Counted from the first letter of the stretch, positions 22,201-31,760 are shown. The stretch: 64,000 nucleotides of DNA from Candidatus Cloacimonadales bacterium (GCA_963662655.2 CAXXTU010000002.1:2368001-2432000), one strand, 5' to 3'. The notes: generated by a model not told the origin, from the letters alone. Numbers and translations are program-made.

Positions 22201-22936
22201 GTACAACAACCTTGCAATCCTGTATCTAAATCAAGGCAGATACGAGGAAGCCGAATCCCTATATAAAAAAGCGCTCTCAATGCGCAAGGATATTTCCGCC
22301 TCAGGTCACCCCGATATTGCCGATACACTGAACAATCTGGCTGTTTTATACTACAATCAGAATAAGCTCGAAGAAGCTGAACCTCTTTATCTGCAAGGAA
22401 TGGAAATTAGAATGGCCATTCTGGGTCAGGAACATCCACTTGTAGCCGATTCACTGAATAACCTGGCAAGTTTGTACAACGATCAGGGCAATTATAAAGA
22501 TGCTGAAGCGCTTCACCTGCAAGCGCTATCGATACGAGAAAAAGTACTTGGGCCAGAGCACCCCGATACGGCATCATCGATTAACAATCTGGCACTGCTT
22601 AATGAGAATCTGGGTAACTTTGGCGAAGCCGAGCGCTTGCATATAAAAGCCCGGACGATAAAAGAAAAGGTTCTGGGGCCAGAGCACCCGGACACTGCTT
22701 TCTCTCTTTTCAATCTGGCATTGCTCTACAAAGACCAGAGGAGATATGAAGAAGCGGAACCTCTGTTATTACGGGCTATGACAATTTTGATTAAAACTCT
22801 TGGCGCAAGGCATCCCGACACGATTGCTACAATCGAGGTCATTGTCTCCCTCTACGAGCAAACCGGCAACGAAGGAAAAGTATCCCACTACCGCGCCATG
22901 CTGGTGCAGCGAAATGATGGGCAGAACGACACGTAA
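19238..22936 (+). CDS. Class III adenylate/guanylate cyclase (two cyclase domains) + STAND/AAA_16 ATPase + C-terminal 42-aa TPR array
   Basis: 'LFDIADFT', 'FAGDAV', 'INLAARLMS'; Walker A 'GDAGVGKS', Walker B 'IHLDDPQWID', 'GNPFFIEQL'; about nine 'LG.EHP.TA.S.NNLA.LY' repeats. Confidence 0.92.
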   Translation: MGELRMIRHIPPFILQNHEQNAYSGSFKGFALLFDIADFTKIGTSLQKQGKKGAEELSRFLEEVFQAPISACERNGGFVSVFAGDAVCVLFPGGKPQNVLRAVVDIRDHFRDHNRFETAFGSFDVKVRLTIVTGEIRWKIFINDTQNEYVFFGETIREMAELSGMKVDVIFSDDAGKALGEEHLERLTTGYRLMDNPVEINCKPRPLSYEYSPKTIESFVRASIRNESPTSEIRSAAYCFANLEGVPADRRENAIAAIARFANTYGGFVNKLDATDKGLIAILLFGLPKTEGKTLERICSFSLEVTAQVSGIALGISCGSVFAGYTGNGDTKEYTALGHPINLAARLMSKAKAGEVLTDHYLQKELRKTFDFESIGEINLKGISFPIQHFRLLARTTQKHTQYASEFVGRETESAQIKVLIDRNHKEKSNLACYVVGDAGVGKSRLIGEIMHAFENDDFHVFHLHCDAILQKSLEVIRQLLRRYFHFDPTIGKSRGIESFRSQWASLADDDAELERIESIVASMLGYEWEDSVWSVLPSNEKPVQLKNAFSRFMQKIAGQKPVLIHLDDPQWIDDSSKEYLQHVGEKRIAPIVLLCACRYTEDGKIPDLDIPNHASETIALSSLDIAGSRNLIASILGLNTVPEATVEAIDRKASGNPFFIEQLVAWLQENDRFDASGGLTQAIDMSVTFSISDVIGSRVDRLAEAVRECVYHASVLGMEFDVQVLSKMLNREAQPALDDGMRNRIWNILNEIRYIFSHILIRDIVYQRMMSERLRELHKIAAEAMGTVYKDNEDALNEYAEEIAGHYLACGNEIKAADFYHRSGTWHGDNYRLKLGEAILTKAAEIRERILGEDHPATADSKSNLAVLCEKQGKFTKAESLHLRSLAIREKVLGLEHPDTASAYNNLAAQFEKQGRFLEGTSMHLKALAIRESKLGPEHPLTADSLNNLAIIYTDQGIFDKAEPLHLRSLAIREKVLGAGHPATASSYNNLAILYLNQGRYEEAESLYKKALSMRKDISASGHPDIADTLNNLAVLYYNQNKLEEAEPLYLQGMEIRMAILGQEHPLVADSLNNLASLYNDQGNYKDAEALHLQALSIREKVLGPEHPDTASSINNLALLNENLGNFGEAERLHIKARTIKEKVLGPEHPDTAFSLFNLALLYKDQRRYEEAEPLLLRAMTILIKTLGARHPDTIATIEVIVSLYEQTGNEGKVSHYRAMLVQRNDGQNDT

Positions 22937-23826
22937 AAAATAACGCGCATCGAGGAGTGCTTCGCGTTGGGCCAAGCCGCCGGAAATTATTCACTCCGAC
23001 TTGTGCTCGACAAACATGAAACCATCGAGCAGACAATTCAAATTGTTGAAAACCAGGATAACGTTTGCTGGTGAAGGGGCAAGAGCTTTCCCGATCGAAC
23101 CGGATTCAGATGGTGCAAGTCGAAGCTGGTTGTTTTTTTCAAGCGGCAATCGCTGCATCAGTACCGATCCTCGCGGCCCCGATAACAGATTCCATTCATA
23201 CGTTTGTGTAGCACACCCGAAGGAAGGCCTTATCTGGCGGTTCAAAAATGATTTGAATGAGCACGAGAAATGCGATTCTTTCAGAAGCTCTGAAGCGTAC
23301 AGAGAGTTGGATGCCAGAACCAGTAAATGATTGTGAAGGGCCGACAATTAGAAAAGGATCCGGTCAGGCATCCTATCTGGGGGAGAGTGGAATAATGATT
23401 ACCACACCTGAGTTGGCGTGTATCAATGACTGACCGGATATGGGTATTCGAACTTGTCGAAAAAAAAGAAGGAGCAGTTCGGAACCGGGGTGAAGAGTTT
23501 CTACTGCCCCTTTTATAGGTCTTGCCCAGACCAAAATGTATAATTGACATTAATACAAAAACTACGATTAAGAACGAACACCAATATGTATAACAATACC
23601 TGTGCCAATTGCACCAATGCAATCTAAAGCACTGACCAGCATACCGTTGCAATTTTCTCTCAAAATCACGAGAACCCTCTAGTGAAGCATTCCCTGCATG
23701 AACTGCCTAAATTTCTACACTCCGCTCAAATCCGTGCATAAGCATTCGCGAAAAGCTCGCGGAACTTCATTGACTTTTTCGCTCCCCTTTTTAAATATGC
23801 ACAAATTGGTTCTGGCAGGAGTGAAT

Positions 23827-24726
23827 ATGAATATAGAGAATCCCATGATCTGGTGCGTCGGAGACCTCCACGGTAATCTCGACAGATACGAAGCCCTGTT
23901 TGCAGAAATTGAGAACGACCCGCCGGACGTCCTGTGCTTTGCCGGCGACCTTCTGCCCGGATGGCACAGTCCCTGGAACGGCGACGACTTCATCATCGAC
24001 TACATTGGCAAGCGCCTCGAAGACCTGAGAAGCAAATTCCCCGATCGCTTCCCGCTGATTTTCGCAATTTTGGGAAACGATGATCCTCGCATCAACGAGA
24101 GCAGCATGCAGGAGCTGGAGAAGCGCGGCATCTGGAAATACATCCACTTCACACACGATAAACAACGCTCTTTCGATCTATTCGGCTACAGCTATGTGCC
24201 GCCAACACCTTTCCGGCTCAAGGATTGGGAACGCTACGATGTTTCCCGCTTTGTCGATCCGGGCTGCGTATCTCCGGAGGAGGGATCGAGAACCGTTGAG
24301 GTCAATCCCATCGACGTCCGCTACGGAACCATACGCGACGATCTTGCTAAGCTGACGAAGGATTTTGAACCGGATCGAGCCGTAATGCTTTTCCACAGCC
24401 CGCCCTACAAAACCAGGCTCGACCGAGCCGCGCTGGACGGCATGATGATCGACTACGCTCCGCTGGACATCCATGTCGGCAGTATCGCGATCAAGGAGTT
24501 CATCATCAAAAGCCAGCCCCGCATCACATTCCACGGGCACGTCCACGAATCCTCCCGGCTCACGGGACACTGGCGAGAGAAGATCGGAACTACATGGAGC
24601 TTCAACGTTTCCACCGACACAAATGAATTGGCAATTGTCCGCGTGCCGTTTCTGCACCCTGAAGACGCTGAAAGAAAGTTGATTAGCATCAAGAAAATGA
24701 ACGATAATCACGTGGGCAATTTTTAA
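23827..24726 (+). CDS. Metallophosphoesterase (calcineurin-like, Icc-related)
   Basis: Motifs 'GDLHG', 'AGDL', 'LGNDD', 'FHSPP', 'HGHVHE'; GGAG RBS before ATG 23827. Confidence 0.9.
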   Translation: MNIENPMIWCVGDLHGNLDRYEALFAEIENDPPDVLCFAGDLLPGWHSPWNGDDFIIDYIGKRLEDLRSKFPDRFPLIFAILGNDDPRINESSMQELEKRGIWKYIHFTHDKQRSFDLFGYSYVPPTPFRLKDWERYDVSRFVDPGCVSPEEGSRTVEVNPIDVRYGTIRDDLAKLTKDFEPDRAVMLFHSPPYKTRLDRAALDGMMIDYAPLDIHVGSIAIKEFIIKSQPRITFHGHVHESSRLTGHWREKIGTTWSFNVSTDTNELAIVRVPFLHPEDAERKLISIKKMNDNHVGNF

Positions 24727-24984
24727 CCCGATTTCAAAAAAAACTGAGATTGCAAATCTAAACAAAAAAATTTTATTGTCCGTAAACCGTCACCCCAAAA
24801 GGGAATTTTGTAATTCCGAACCTCCCGCGGAAAGAGCAAAAATATTTCTGTCTTGACAGGAATCCTAACTCTTTCCATCTTAAGAATTAAGATTTCGAGT
24901 TATCCAATTCAGGAAATCTGCGTGCATATTCTTAAGTGACTGTAAAATATTAAGATAGTGTTTATTTATTCTCATGGGGGATTC

Positions 24985-27087
24985 ATGATTCAAAAAATTA
25001 GAAAACGTAATGCTCAGGTTGTACCTTTCGATTCCGAAAAGATCACAAACGCCATTATGAAAGCCGGGGAAGCATCCGGTGAATTTGATATAGACATCGC
25101 GAAAAAACTCACGCTTCGCGTGATGAACCTCACCCTGCAAGTCATTCACAACGACATCCCCACCGTCGAGCAGGTTCAGGACATCGTCGAAGACGTCCTG
25201 CTGGCCTCGCCGTACAAGCAAACGGCCAAGGCTTACATCATCTACCGCGATCAACACGCCAAGATTCGCGAGATCGTTTCCCGCTCCAACGTCAATCTGA
25301 TCGACCAGTATCTCGAAAAGCTGGACTGGCAGGTTCGCGAGAACAGCAACATGGCATACTCGCTCCAGGGATTGAATAACTACATCGCTTCCGATATCAG
25401 CAAGATGTACTGGCTCAACAAGGTCTACCCGCCGGAAATCAAGCGCTCGCACAACGAAGGCGATATACATATTCACGACCTTGGACAGATATCCGTGTAC
25501 TGTGTTGGCTGGGACCTTATGGACCTGCTTACGACCGGCTTCAAAGGCGCTACGGGTAAGGTCGAGAGTCGGCCCGCAAGGCATTTCAGAAGCGTGTTGG
25601 GGCAGATCGTCAACTTCTTCTACACCCTTCAAGGTGAAGCGGCCGGCGCGCAGGCGTTCTCGAGCTTCGACACTCTGCTCGCGCCATTCATTCGCTACGA
25701 CGACCTGACCTACGCGGAAGTCAAGCAGGCGATGCAGGAGTTCATTTTCAACATCAATGTTCCCACGCGCGTTGGATTCCAAACGCCGTTTACCAACATT
25801 ACCATGGATCTGACGCCCCCCAAGATGTACCGCGATCAGCCCGTCATCATCGGCGGAGTGCCGCAGGAAGAAACCTACGGCGAGTTCCAGATCGAGATGG
25901 ACATGATCAACAAAACCTTCCTCGAAGTGATGAGCGAAGGAGACGCGAAGGGCCGCGTGTTCACGTTCCCCATCCCAACATACAATATTACCAAGGACTT
26001 CGACTGGGATAGCGAGATCGTGCATTCCCTCTGGGAAGCGACGGCGAAGTATGGAATCCCCTACTTTTCGAATTTTATCAATTCGGACATGAATCCCGAG
26101 GACGCCCGTTCCATGTGCTGCCGTCTGCGCCTGGACACCCGCAAGCTCGAGGCCCGTGGCGGTGGATTGTTCGGCGCGAACCCACTCACCGGCTCGATCG
26201 GCGTGGTTACCATGAACATGCCGCGCATCGCTTACATTGCCAAGGACGAAAGCGAGTTTTTCGATATCCTCACGAGAAGGATGGATATTGCCAAGCAAAG
26301 CCTGGAGATCAAGCGCAAGGTGCTGGAGAAATTCACGCAGAACGGCTTGTATCCCTACACCAAATTCTACTTGGCGAAGGTCTATGAGCGCTTTGGCCAG
26401 TTCTGGAAAAACCATTTCTCCACGATCGGGCTCGTAGGAATGAACGAAGCCTGCCTGAATCTGAAGGGGATCGATATTGGAACCGACGAGGGAGTGGAAT
26501 TTACCACGCGCGTCATGGATTATATGCGCGATCGCCTGATTGAGTATCAGGAGGAAACAGGTAACAACTACAATCTGGAAGCGACCCCTGCGGAGGGAAC
26601 CAGCTATCGGCTGGCACGCATCGACAAGAAGAAGTTCGAGAACATCATCGTCGCCAACGAATCCGCCGTTATCAACGGGGCCGAGCCATTCTACACCAAT
26701 TCGACCCAGTTGCCGGTCAACTACTCCGACGACGTCTTTGAAGCGCTCGACAAGCAGGACGATATCCAGACCCGCTACACCGGCGGAACCGTGCTGCACA
26801 TCTTCGGCGGAGAGAGGCTTCACAACTACAAAACCGTCCGCAACCTTGTCGAGAAAATCTGCAACAACTACCGTCTCCCCTATTTCACGTTCACCCCAAC
26901 ATTCAGCGTTTGCTCGCAGCACGGCTACATCGCCGGCGAGCATTCCACCTGCCCGCAGTGCAACCGCGAGTGCGAAGTCTATTCCCGAGTTACCGGTTAC
27001 CTGCGTCCCGTTTCGCAATGGAACGACGGCAAGAAAGCCGAGTATCAGCTCCGCAAGACTTTCCACATCAAGGAAAAACAGGCATGA
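24985..27087 (+). CDS. nrdD: Anaerobic (class III) ribonucleoside-triphosphate reductase with N-terminal ATP-cone
   Basis: 'IRKRN...PFD..KI' ATP cone, 'MCCRL', 'EATPAEG', 'CSQHG...CPQC', glycyl radical loop 'YSRVTGYLRP'. Confidence 0.96.
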   Translation: MIQKIRKRNAQVVPFDSEKITNAIMKAGEASGEFDIDIAKKLTLRVMNLTLQVIHNDIPTVEQVQDIVEDVLLASPYKQTAKAYIIYRDQHAKIREIVSRSNVNLIDQYLEKLDWQVRENSNMAYSLQGLNNYIASDISKMYWLNKVYPPEIKRSHNEGDIHIHDLGQISVYCVGWDLMDLLTTGFKGATGKVESRPARHFRSVLGQIVNFFYTLQGEAAGAQAFSSFDTLLAPFIRYDDLTYAEVKQAMQEFIFNINVPTRVGFQTPFTNITMDLTPPKMYRDQPVIIGGVPQEETYGEFQIEMDMINKTFLEVMSEGDAKGRVFTFPIPTYNITKDFDWDSEIVHSLWEATAKYGIPYFSNFINSDMNPEDARSMCCRLRLDTRKLEARGGGLFGANPLTGSIGVVTMNMPRIAYIAKDESEFFDILTRRMDIAKQSLEIKRKVLEKFTQNGLYPYTKFYLAKVYERFGQFWKNHFSTIGLVGMNEACLNLKGIDIGTDEGVEFTTRVMDYMRDRLIEYQEETGNNYNLEATPAEGTSYRLARIDKKKFENIIVANESAVINGAEPFYTNSTQLPVNYSDDVFEALDKQDDIQTRYTGGTVLHIFGGERLHNYKTVRNLVEKICNNYRLPYFTFTPTFSVCSQHGYIAGEHSTCPQCNRECEVYSRVTGYLRPVSQWNDGKKAEYQLRKTFHIKEKQA

Positions 27088-27764
27088 TCGGGGGATTCCA
27101 AAGCTTTTCCATGCTCGATTACCAGGACAAGCTTTGTGCCATCGTCTTCACGCGCGGATGCAACTTCCGCTGCCCGTATTGCCATAATCCCGAGCTCGTC
27201 AACGGATGCCAACTGGTTACACCCTACAAGAACGAGGAAGTCCTCGCTCTCCTGGAGAAAAGGAAAGGCAAACTCGACGCGGTCGTTATCACCGGCGGGG
27301 AACCGACCCTGCATCCCGAACTCCCCGGATTCATAAAGCAAATCAAAGCGATGGGATTCTTTGTTAAACTGGATACCAACGGAACCAATCCCGGGATGAT
27401 CTACAAGCTTCTCGAACACGGGCTGATCGATTACATCGCCATGGACATCAAAGCGCCTTTCGACAAATACGAGCTTCTCACCGGCGCGAAGGTGGATATC
27501 GAAAAAATCAAGACCAGCGTTGATCTCATCCGTAACGCGAACGTCGATTACGAGTTCCGTACAACCGTCGTGGATTTCCTGCTCGATTCCGATGATGTGA
27601 AAAAGATCATCACCTCGCTGCAAGGCGTGAAGCGATACATCATTCAAAATTTCAACCCGTCTCAGACCCTCGACGACACCATCATGAAGCCTTTCGACGC
27701 GACATCCGTCAACCTGCTGCGCGAGTTCGGCGCGCAGCGCTTCGAAGAATTCATGATCCGTTGA
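27084..27764 (+). CDS. nrdG: Anaerobic RNR activating protein (radical SAM)
   Basis: 'GCNFRCPYCHNP', 'ITGGEPT', 'KLDTNG'; ATGA overlap with nrdD. Confidence 0.93.
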   Translation: MIGGFQSFSMLDYQDKLCAIVFTRGCNFRCPYCHNPELVNGCQLVTPYKNEEVLALLEKRKGKLDAVVITGGEPTLHPELPGFIKQIKAMGFFVKLDTNGTNPGMIYKLLEHGLIDYIAMDIKAPFDKYELLTGAKVDIEKIKTSVDLIRNANVDYEFRTTVVDFLLDSDDVKKIITSLQGVKRYIIQNFNPSQTLDDTIMKPFDATSVNLLREFGAQRFEEFMIR

Positions 27765-27779
27765 TTCAGGAAAATATCA

Positions 27780-28154
27780 ATGAAAAACAAATATCGGTTA
27801 GACATATCACTTCCGGTCGATCGGCTCTTCTTCGATCTGATCACGGCATTTGACAGCGCCCAGCTCGACAAAGAGATGTTCCAGAGAGCGCTCGAAGCAG
27901 AAGCAAAACTCCAGCCCCTCGATATCTGGATCGAGGAGAATCTCAAGAACATGCTGCTCGGCAATCGTTTCGGAGTCATTGAACCAACCCTGCCGCCATC
28001 TTTCCGCTTGGCGCCCAACGATACGGCTACCAGACAGGATTCGTATCCCGTGTTCCCCGAGTACGCCACTCGCTGGCTCACCAATCCCGACAGCCTCCAC
28101 GCCTCCATCGTGCAAGCGCTCGCAGACCACACCGAGGATATCGAACAAGCCTAA
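27780..28154 (+). CDS. Hypothetical protein (124 aa)
   Basis: ATG 15 bp after nrdG with AGGA RBS; codon usage matches neighbouring genes. Confidence 0.65.
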   Translation: MKNKYRLDISLPVDRLFFDLITAFDSAQLDKEMFQRALEAEAKLQPLDIWIEENLKNMLLGNRFGVIEPTLPPSFRLAPNDTATRQDSYPVFPEYATRWLTNPDSLHASIVQALADHTEDIEQA

Positions 28155-28170
28155 TAGTAACTCGATCGCG

Positions 28171-28328
28171 CTTCGTGAGTAGATTCGTTCAATCTGACGC
28201 GAAGACGTGGTGTTATACAGCGGAAAGCGTGTGCAATATCCAGAACCTCATATAAAACATCCGAGATACGCTTGCAGCTGTATTATATCCACGGCGTAGC
28301 GGCACGATCGAGCGAAGATGCCACGAAG
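28171..28328 (+). other. Structured rod-shaped intergenic element, copy A (homologous to 55037-55162)
   Basis: CTTCGTG/CACGAAG, TTCGTTC/GAGCGAA, CGTGG/CCACG, ATACAGC/GCTGTAT helices; shares four motifs with copy B. Confidence 0.6.
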
Positions 28329-28447
28329 AAACATCTCTGGACAATCGCATTCCTCGCTTTGTAACACACTCAATGGATTCTCGTTAATCAAATTGAAATG
28401 TATGGAAGAAATGATAAATCTCCACGCAACATACTTCAGGAGGAAAA

Positions 28448-28663
28448 ATGTATTCACAGAAGGAAAAGAATGGTTCCATGATCTGGGTGCGGGAAGACCT
28501 GTTCAATCGTCAAAAAGAGTTCTGCATGTGCTGGGATTGCTCGAAATTTGCGCCGGAACGCGATGACAAGGGATGCCCGATTATCAGGCAAGTCCTGGCG
28601 CTTGCCGCAGAAAAGAAAATCGTATTGCCGGTTTGGGAATGCGCTGAATTTATCGAGAAGTAA
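28448..28663 (+). CDS. Small Cys-rich hypothetical protein (CxCxxC...C...C)
   Basis: Strong AGGAGG RBS; 'EFCMCWDCSKF...GCPII...PVWEC'. Confidence 0.75.
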   Translation: MYSQKEKNGSMIWVREDLFNRQKEFCMCWDCSKFAPERDDKGCPIIRQVLALAAEKKIVLPVWECAEFIEK

Positions 28664-28692
28664 ACAATCAATGCGTTTTGAGCTGCTGGGGA

Positions 28693-29271
28693 TTACTGTT
28701 TCTCCGGCAGCTCCCGATCAATATACATATCGATATCGACGATCATCTCCAGAATTGCATGCTCGATGGCTGTCGTCAATTGCTGCTGCGATGTCTCGTC
28801 TCCTTCCACCGCGACCTTGAGATTGACCACGACCGGCTTCTGGAATTTCTTCGTGTGGTTCTGCACGGAGATTTCCGCGATGATCCCCAGTTGATATAGA
28901 AAATCGCGCGTCGCCTTGTTCAGGTTTTCCACCTTGCTCTTGAATGTCTTGATCTCGATGATAATCGTGCCGTCAGGAGGCGTGTTATCTCCGGTGAACT
29001 TGTAGTTCGCCCACTGCGTTAGCGTTGAATCGAGAGCTGTGAAAAAGGCGTATTCGTAGTAATGTCCACTGGGAGCTTGAATCGCAACAAGGTTGGCTTC
29101 CTTGTAGGGTTTCAGCGACACATCGTACTTCACATCGACTGTATTGAAAGTATCCAGAGCCTCCTGAGGCAATCCCGATTTGATCGACAATTGATATACC
29201 GTTGGCGGTATGAAAATCGCGCATCCGGCAATGATAATAGCGATCAATACAACTGGAAGAATCCATCTCAT
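28693..29271 (-). CDS. Hypothetical lipoprotein
   Basis: Lipobox IAGC; 4-bp overlap with the upstream gene. Confidence 0.7.
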   Translation of the reverse strand: MRWILPVVLIAIIIAGCAIFIPPTVYQLSIKSGLPQEALDTFNTVDVKYDVSLKPYKEANLVAIQAPSGHYYEYAFFTALDSTLTQWANYKFTGDNTPPDGTIIIEIKTFKSKVENLNKATRDFLYQLGIIAEISVQNHTKKFQKPVVVNLKVAVEGDETSQQQLTTAIEHAILEMIVDIDMYIDRELPEKQ

Positions 29272-30497
29272 GTTTTAAGCAACCTCTTCAATATCGAATG
29301 TACCTTTTTCGGTTCGCATTTTTCGATAATAATATGATTGCATTGGTTGAATCTGGCAAAATCTTTCATTGCAGCGACCAGCTCCTCGATATATCGATCA
29401 TCGATGGAAGCCGGATCCTCATGATGGACATTTCTCACGATCAACGTCTTTTCCCTGCGCTCCGCCTTGGAATCCATTCGCCCCGTAAACACTCCGTTCC
29501 AGAGAATCGGCGTCGTGAAGTAGCCGTATATCCGCTTCGCGGCAGGGACGTAGCACTCGAGCTTGTAATCAAAACCGAACAATTGAAGAATGCGATCCCG
29601 CAGGATAATGCTGTTGTCGAACGGGGAAAGAATCTTGCAAGCCGAAGGCGGTTCATTGATCAGGCTTTCGTTCTCGAGATCGGTCTTCCTCAAGAACCAC
29701 AAGGGCTTCTCCAGCGATTCAACCGAAACCGGAATGATTTCGCCATCCTCGAGCATAAGCTTGATGGCTTTTCGAATGATCGACTTGGACGTGATGGGCA
29801 GATGGTCGAACACATCCTTTTCAGTGCAGATTCCGTGCGCTCGCAGCGCCGTTCGGACAAGGAAGATGCCCAACTCGTTGTCCGACGGAACCGTAGTATC
29901 GACGCTCGATGGTAGAACGCGTTCGGTTAGGTCGTATACCCGTTGAAAGCCTTCGCGACTGGAGATCATCAATTCGCCGCCCCAAAAAAGGAGTTCCAGC
30001 GCTCTTTTCGCCGGTTTCCAGTCGCCCCAACCGCCCTCACGGGTGTTTCGCTCGTCTTCGAAATCCCTGGAAGCCAGCGCGCCTTCAGAGCGGATGCGGG
30101 TCCGTACTTCATCCATGATCTTATCATGCGTATCCAGACCGAGCCACTCACGGGCGCTTTTTCTGAATTTACGCTTCATAAGGGGAATGTAGAAGCGGTA
30201 ATCCCTCATGGGGAGAATGCTTGCTGCGTGTCCCCAGTACTCGAACACGGCACGATCGGTCTTCTGGAGCTCGTCCAGATCGCCGTGCAGATACCGGTTG
30301 TCTCTTGCCCACATCGTGTGATGATGAGCTCTTTCGATGACGGAAATCGTATCGATCTGCACGTAACCGAGATGCTCGATCAACGATTGCGTACGGCGCT
30401 TGCCTTCACCTTCCAGATAGGGGAACTGTCGGTTCAGGGCAAGATTCCGCGCAGCGTGAATATCAACTGTCGTCTTGGGTGTGAGCGTCAATTTCAC
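29268..30497 (-). CDS. YcaQ/AlkZ-family winged-helix DNA glycosylase (crosslink repair)
   Basis: 'LGYVQIDTISVIERAH', 'FEYWGHAAS', 'ILSPFDN', 'YKLECYVPAAKRIYGY'. Confidence 0.9.
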   Translation of the reverse strand: MKLTLTPKTTVDIHAARNLALNRQFPYLEGEGKRRTQSLIEHLGYVQIDTISVIERAHHHTMWARDNRYLHGDLDELQKTDRAVFEYWGHAASILPMRDYRFYIPLMKRKFRKSAREWLGLDTHDKIMDEVRTRIRSEGALASRDFEDERNTREGGWGDWKPAKRALELLFWGGELMISSREGFQRVYDLTERVLPSSVDTTVPSDNELGIFLVRTALRAHGICTEKDVFDHLPITSKSIIRKAIKLMLEDGEIIPVSVESLEKPLWFLRKTDLENESLINEPPSACKILSPFDNSIILRDRILQLFGFDYKLECYVPAAKRIYGYFTTPILWNGVFTGRMDSKAERREKTLIVRNVHHEDPASIDDRYIEELVAAMKDFARFNQCNHIIIEKCEPKKVHSILKRLLKT

Positions 30498-31731
30498 CGG
30501 CCTTGGTCAATGCTATTTTTGTAAGGATGGGACCAACGATTTCGAAGAAGATACACGTTGCCGTAACCGTTGTGATAACGATTGCACCGATGTGCTCGCC
30601 CCGCGTCATCTCCCCGGCGGCAGTCTGTATGGTTTTTCCGATGCCTGCAAACTCGTGTTTGACGATCAGCGACAGACCAATCGCGACACCGGCCTGAGAA
30701 AGTATTCCCATACCCGTGTATTTGCGTATTTTGCTCTCTACCTTACCCAGATAACCGCCGAGAACCGAGCCGCCCATCAATCCGACCGTGCGCGAAAGGA
30801 TATAGATAACACCCAGTAATCCGAGGGCCGGCAGATTGGAAAGGTGCAGATTGGCTCCCGCAAGGGTGAAGAAGAGCAGAAACAGAAGCGGCATAATGAA
30901 TGGAAGCCTGTCGTGAATCCTCTGAACAAGCGAATGCGGCTGCGTGTTTACCACCAGCATACCGAAAACCATATTGGTGAGGATGATGGACAGGTGCAGC
31001 ATATCGCACAATCCGGAAGAGAGAAAAACAAAACCGAAAAGCATCATGAGCACGTCGCTCGCGTTGTTCAGCCTGCGAGACATCAACGAGAATATCCAGC
31101 CTGACGCAATACCGACAGCGATGCTGAGAGATATCTCGATAATCGGACTCATGAGAAGCTGAAGCAAGCCGACCTCCGCGCCACCGCCTTCCTTGATCAG
31201 TATCATCTCGGCGAACGAAGCGGCGAATCCAAAAATGATGATTCCGAGACCGTCGTCGAATCCAACCACGGCATAGAGTGTTTTGGTCAGGCTTCCCCGA
31301 GCCTTGTATTCCTGGATAATGGCCACGGTGCCGGCTGGAGCGCTGGCCGGAGCAATCGCGCCGAAAATCAAAGCAAGCGGTAGATCGCCTGTGAAGAGAT
31401 AAAGCGCTCCAAACACTACGATGAACGCCCCGAAGGACTCCATCAGGATAATCCAGATGATACCCATTCCGAGCTTTTTCAGGCTGGAAATCTTCAGTTC
31501 CAGTCCGATACTCACCGCCACAAAGCTCAGGGCAATTTCCGTTATAAAACTGAGTTTGGTTTGAAGATGCTCCGTGAGTATTTCGAGGATGGAGGGTCCG
31601 AGCAGCACCCCCAGAATCATATACCCGATGATCGAAGGTAGCCGCAGGAAACGCATGTTTCTTCCTACGTGGAAGGCGAAAATGATGATCGCTCCGAGAA
31701 TTACGAATATCGAAAGTTCAAAAGGTATCAT
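30463..31731 (-). CDS. Cation:proton antiporter (CPA2/Kef-type)
   Basis: Multiple TM helices, 'ASAPAGT', 'VVGFDDGLG', 'SQAGVAIGL'. Confidence 0.9.
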   Translation of the reverse strand: MIPFELSIFVILGAIIIFAFHVGRNMRFLRLPSIIGYMILGVLLGPSILEILTEHLQTKLSFITEIALSFVAVSIGLELKISSLKKLGMGIIWIILMESFGAFIVVFGALYLFTGDLPLALIFGAIAPASAPAGTVAIIQEYKARGSLTKTLYAVVGFDDGLGIIIFGFAASFAEMILIKEGGGAEVGLLQLLMSPIIEISLSIAVGIASGWIFSLMSRRLNNASDVLMMLFGFVFLSSGLCDMLHLSIILTNMVFGMLVVNTQPHSLVQRIHDRLPFIMPLLFLLFFTLAGANLHLSNLPALGLLGVIYILSRTVGLMGGSVLGGYLGKVESKIRKYTGMGILSQAGVAIGLSLIVKHEFAGIGKTIQTAAGEMTRGEHIGAIVITTVTATCIFFEIVGPILTKIALTKAGEIDAHTQDDS

Positions 31732-31760
31732 TTAATTTCCTTTACAGTCATAAAAATAAG

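Noticed and set aside
22940..23700. Short ORFs (e.g. 23001..23330) in an AT-richer gap after the cyclase gene
   Set aside because: No recognisable motifs, RBS or terminal repeats; may be decayed DNA but cannot be supported as a gene or element.
24940..24965. Possible NrdR box upstream of nrdD
   Set aside because: Only one half (ATAGTGT) fits the palindromic consensus and no second box is visible.
24880..27066. 728-aa - strand ORF and similar long antisense ORFs elsewhere
   Set aside because: Antisense shadows of nrdD and other GC3-biased genes.
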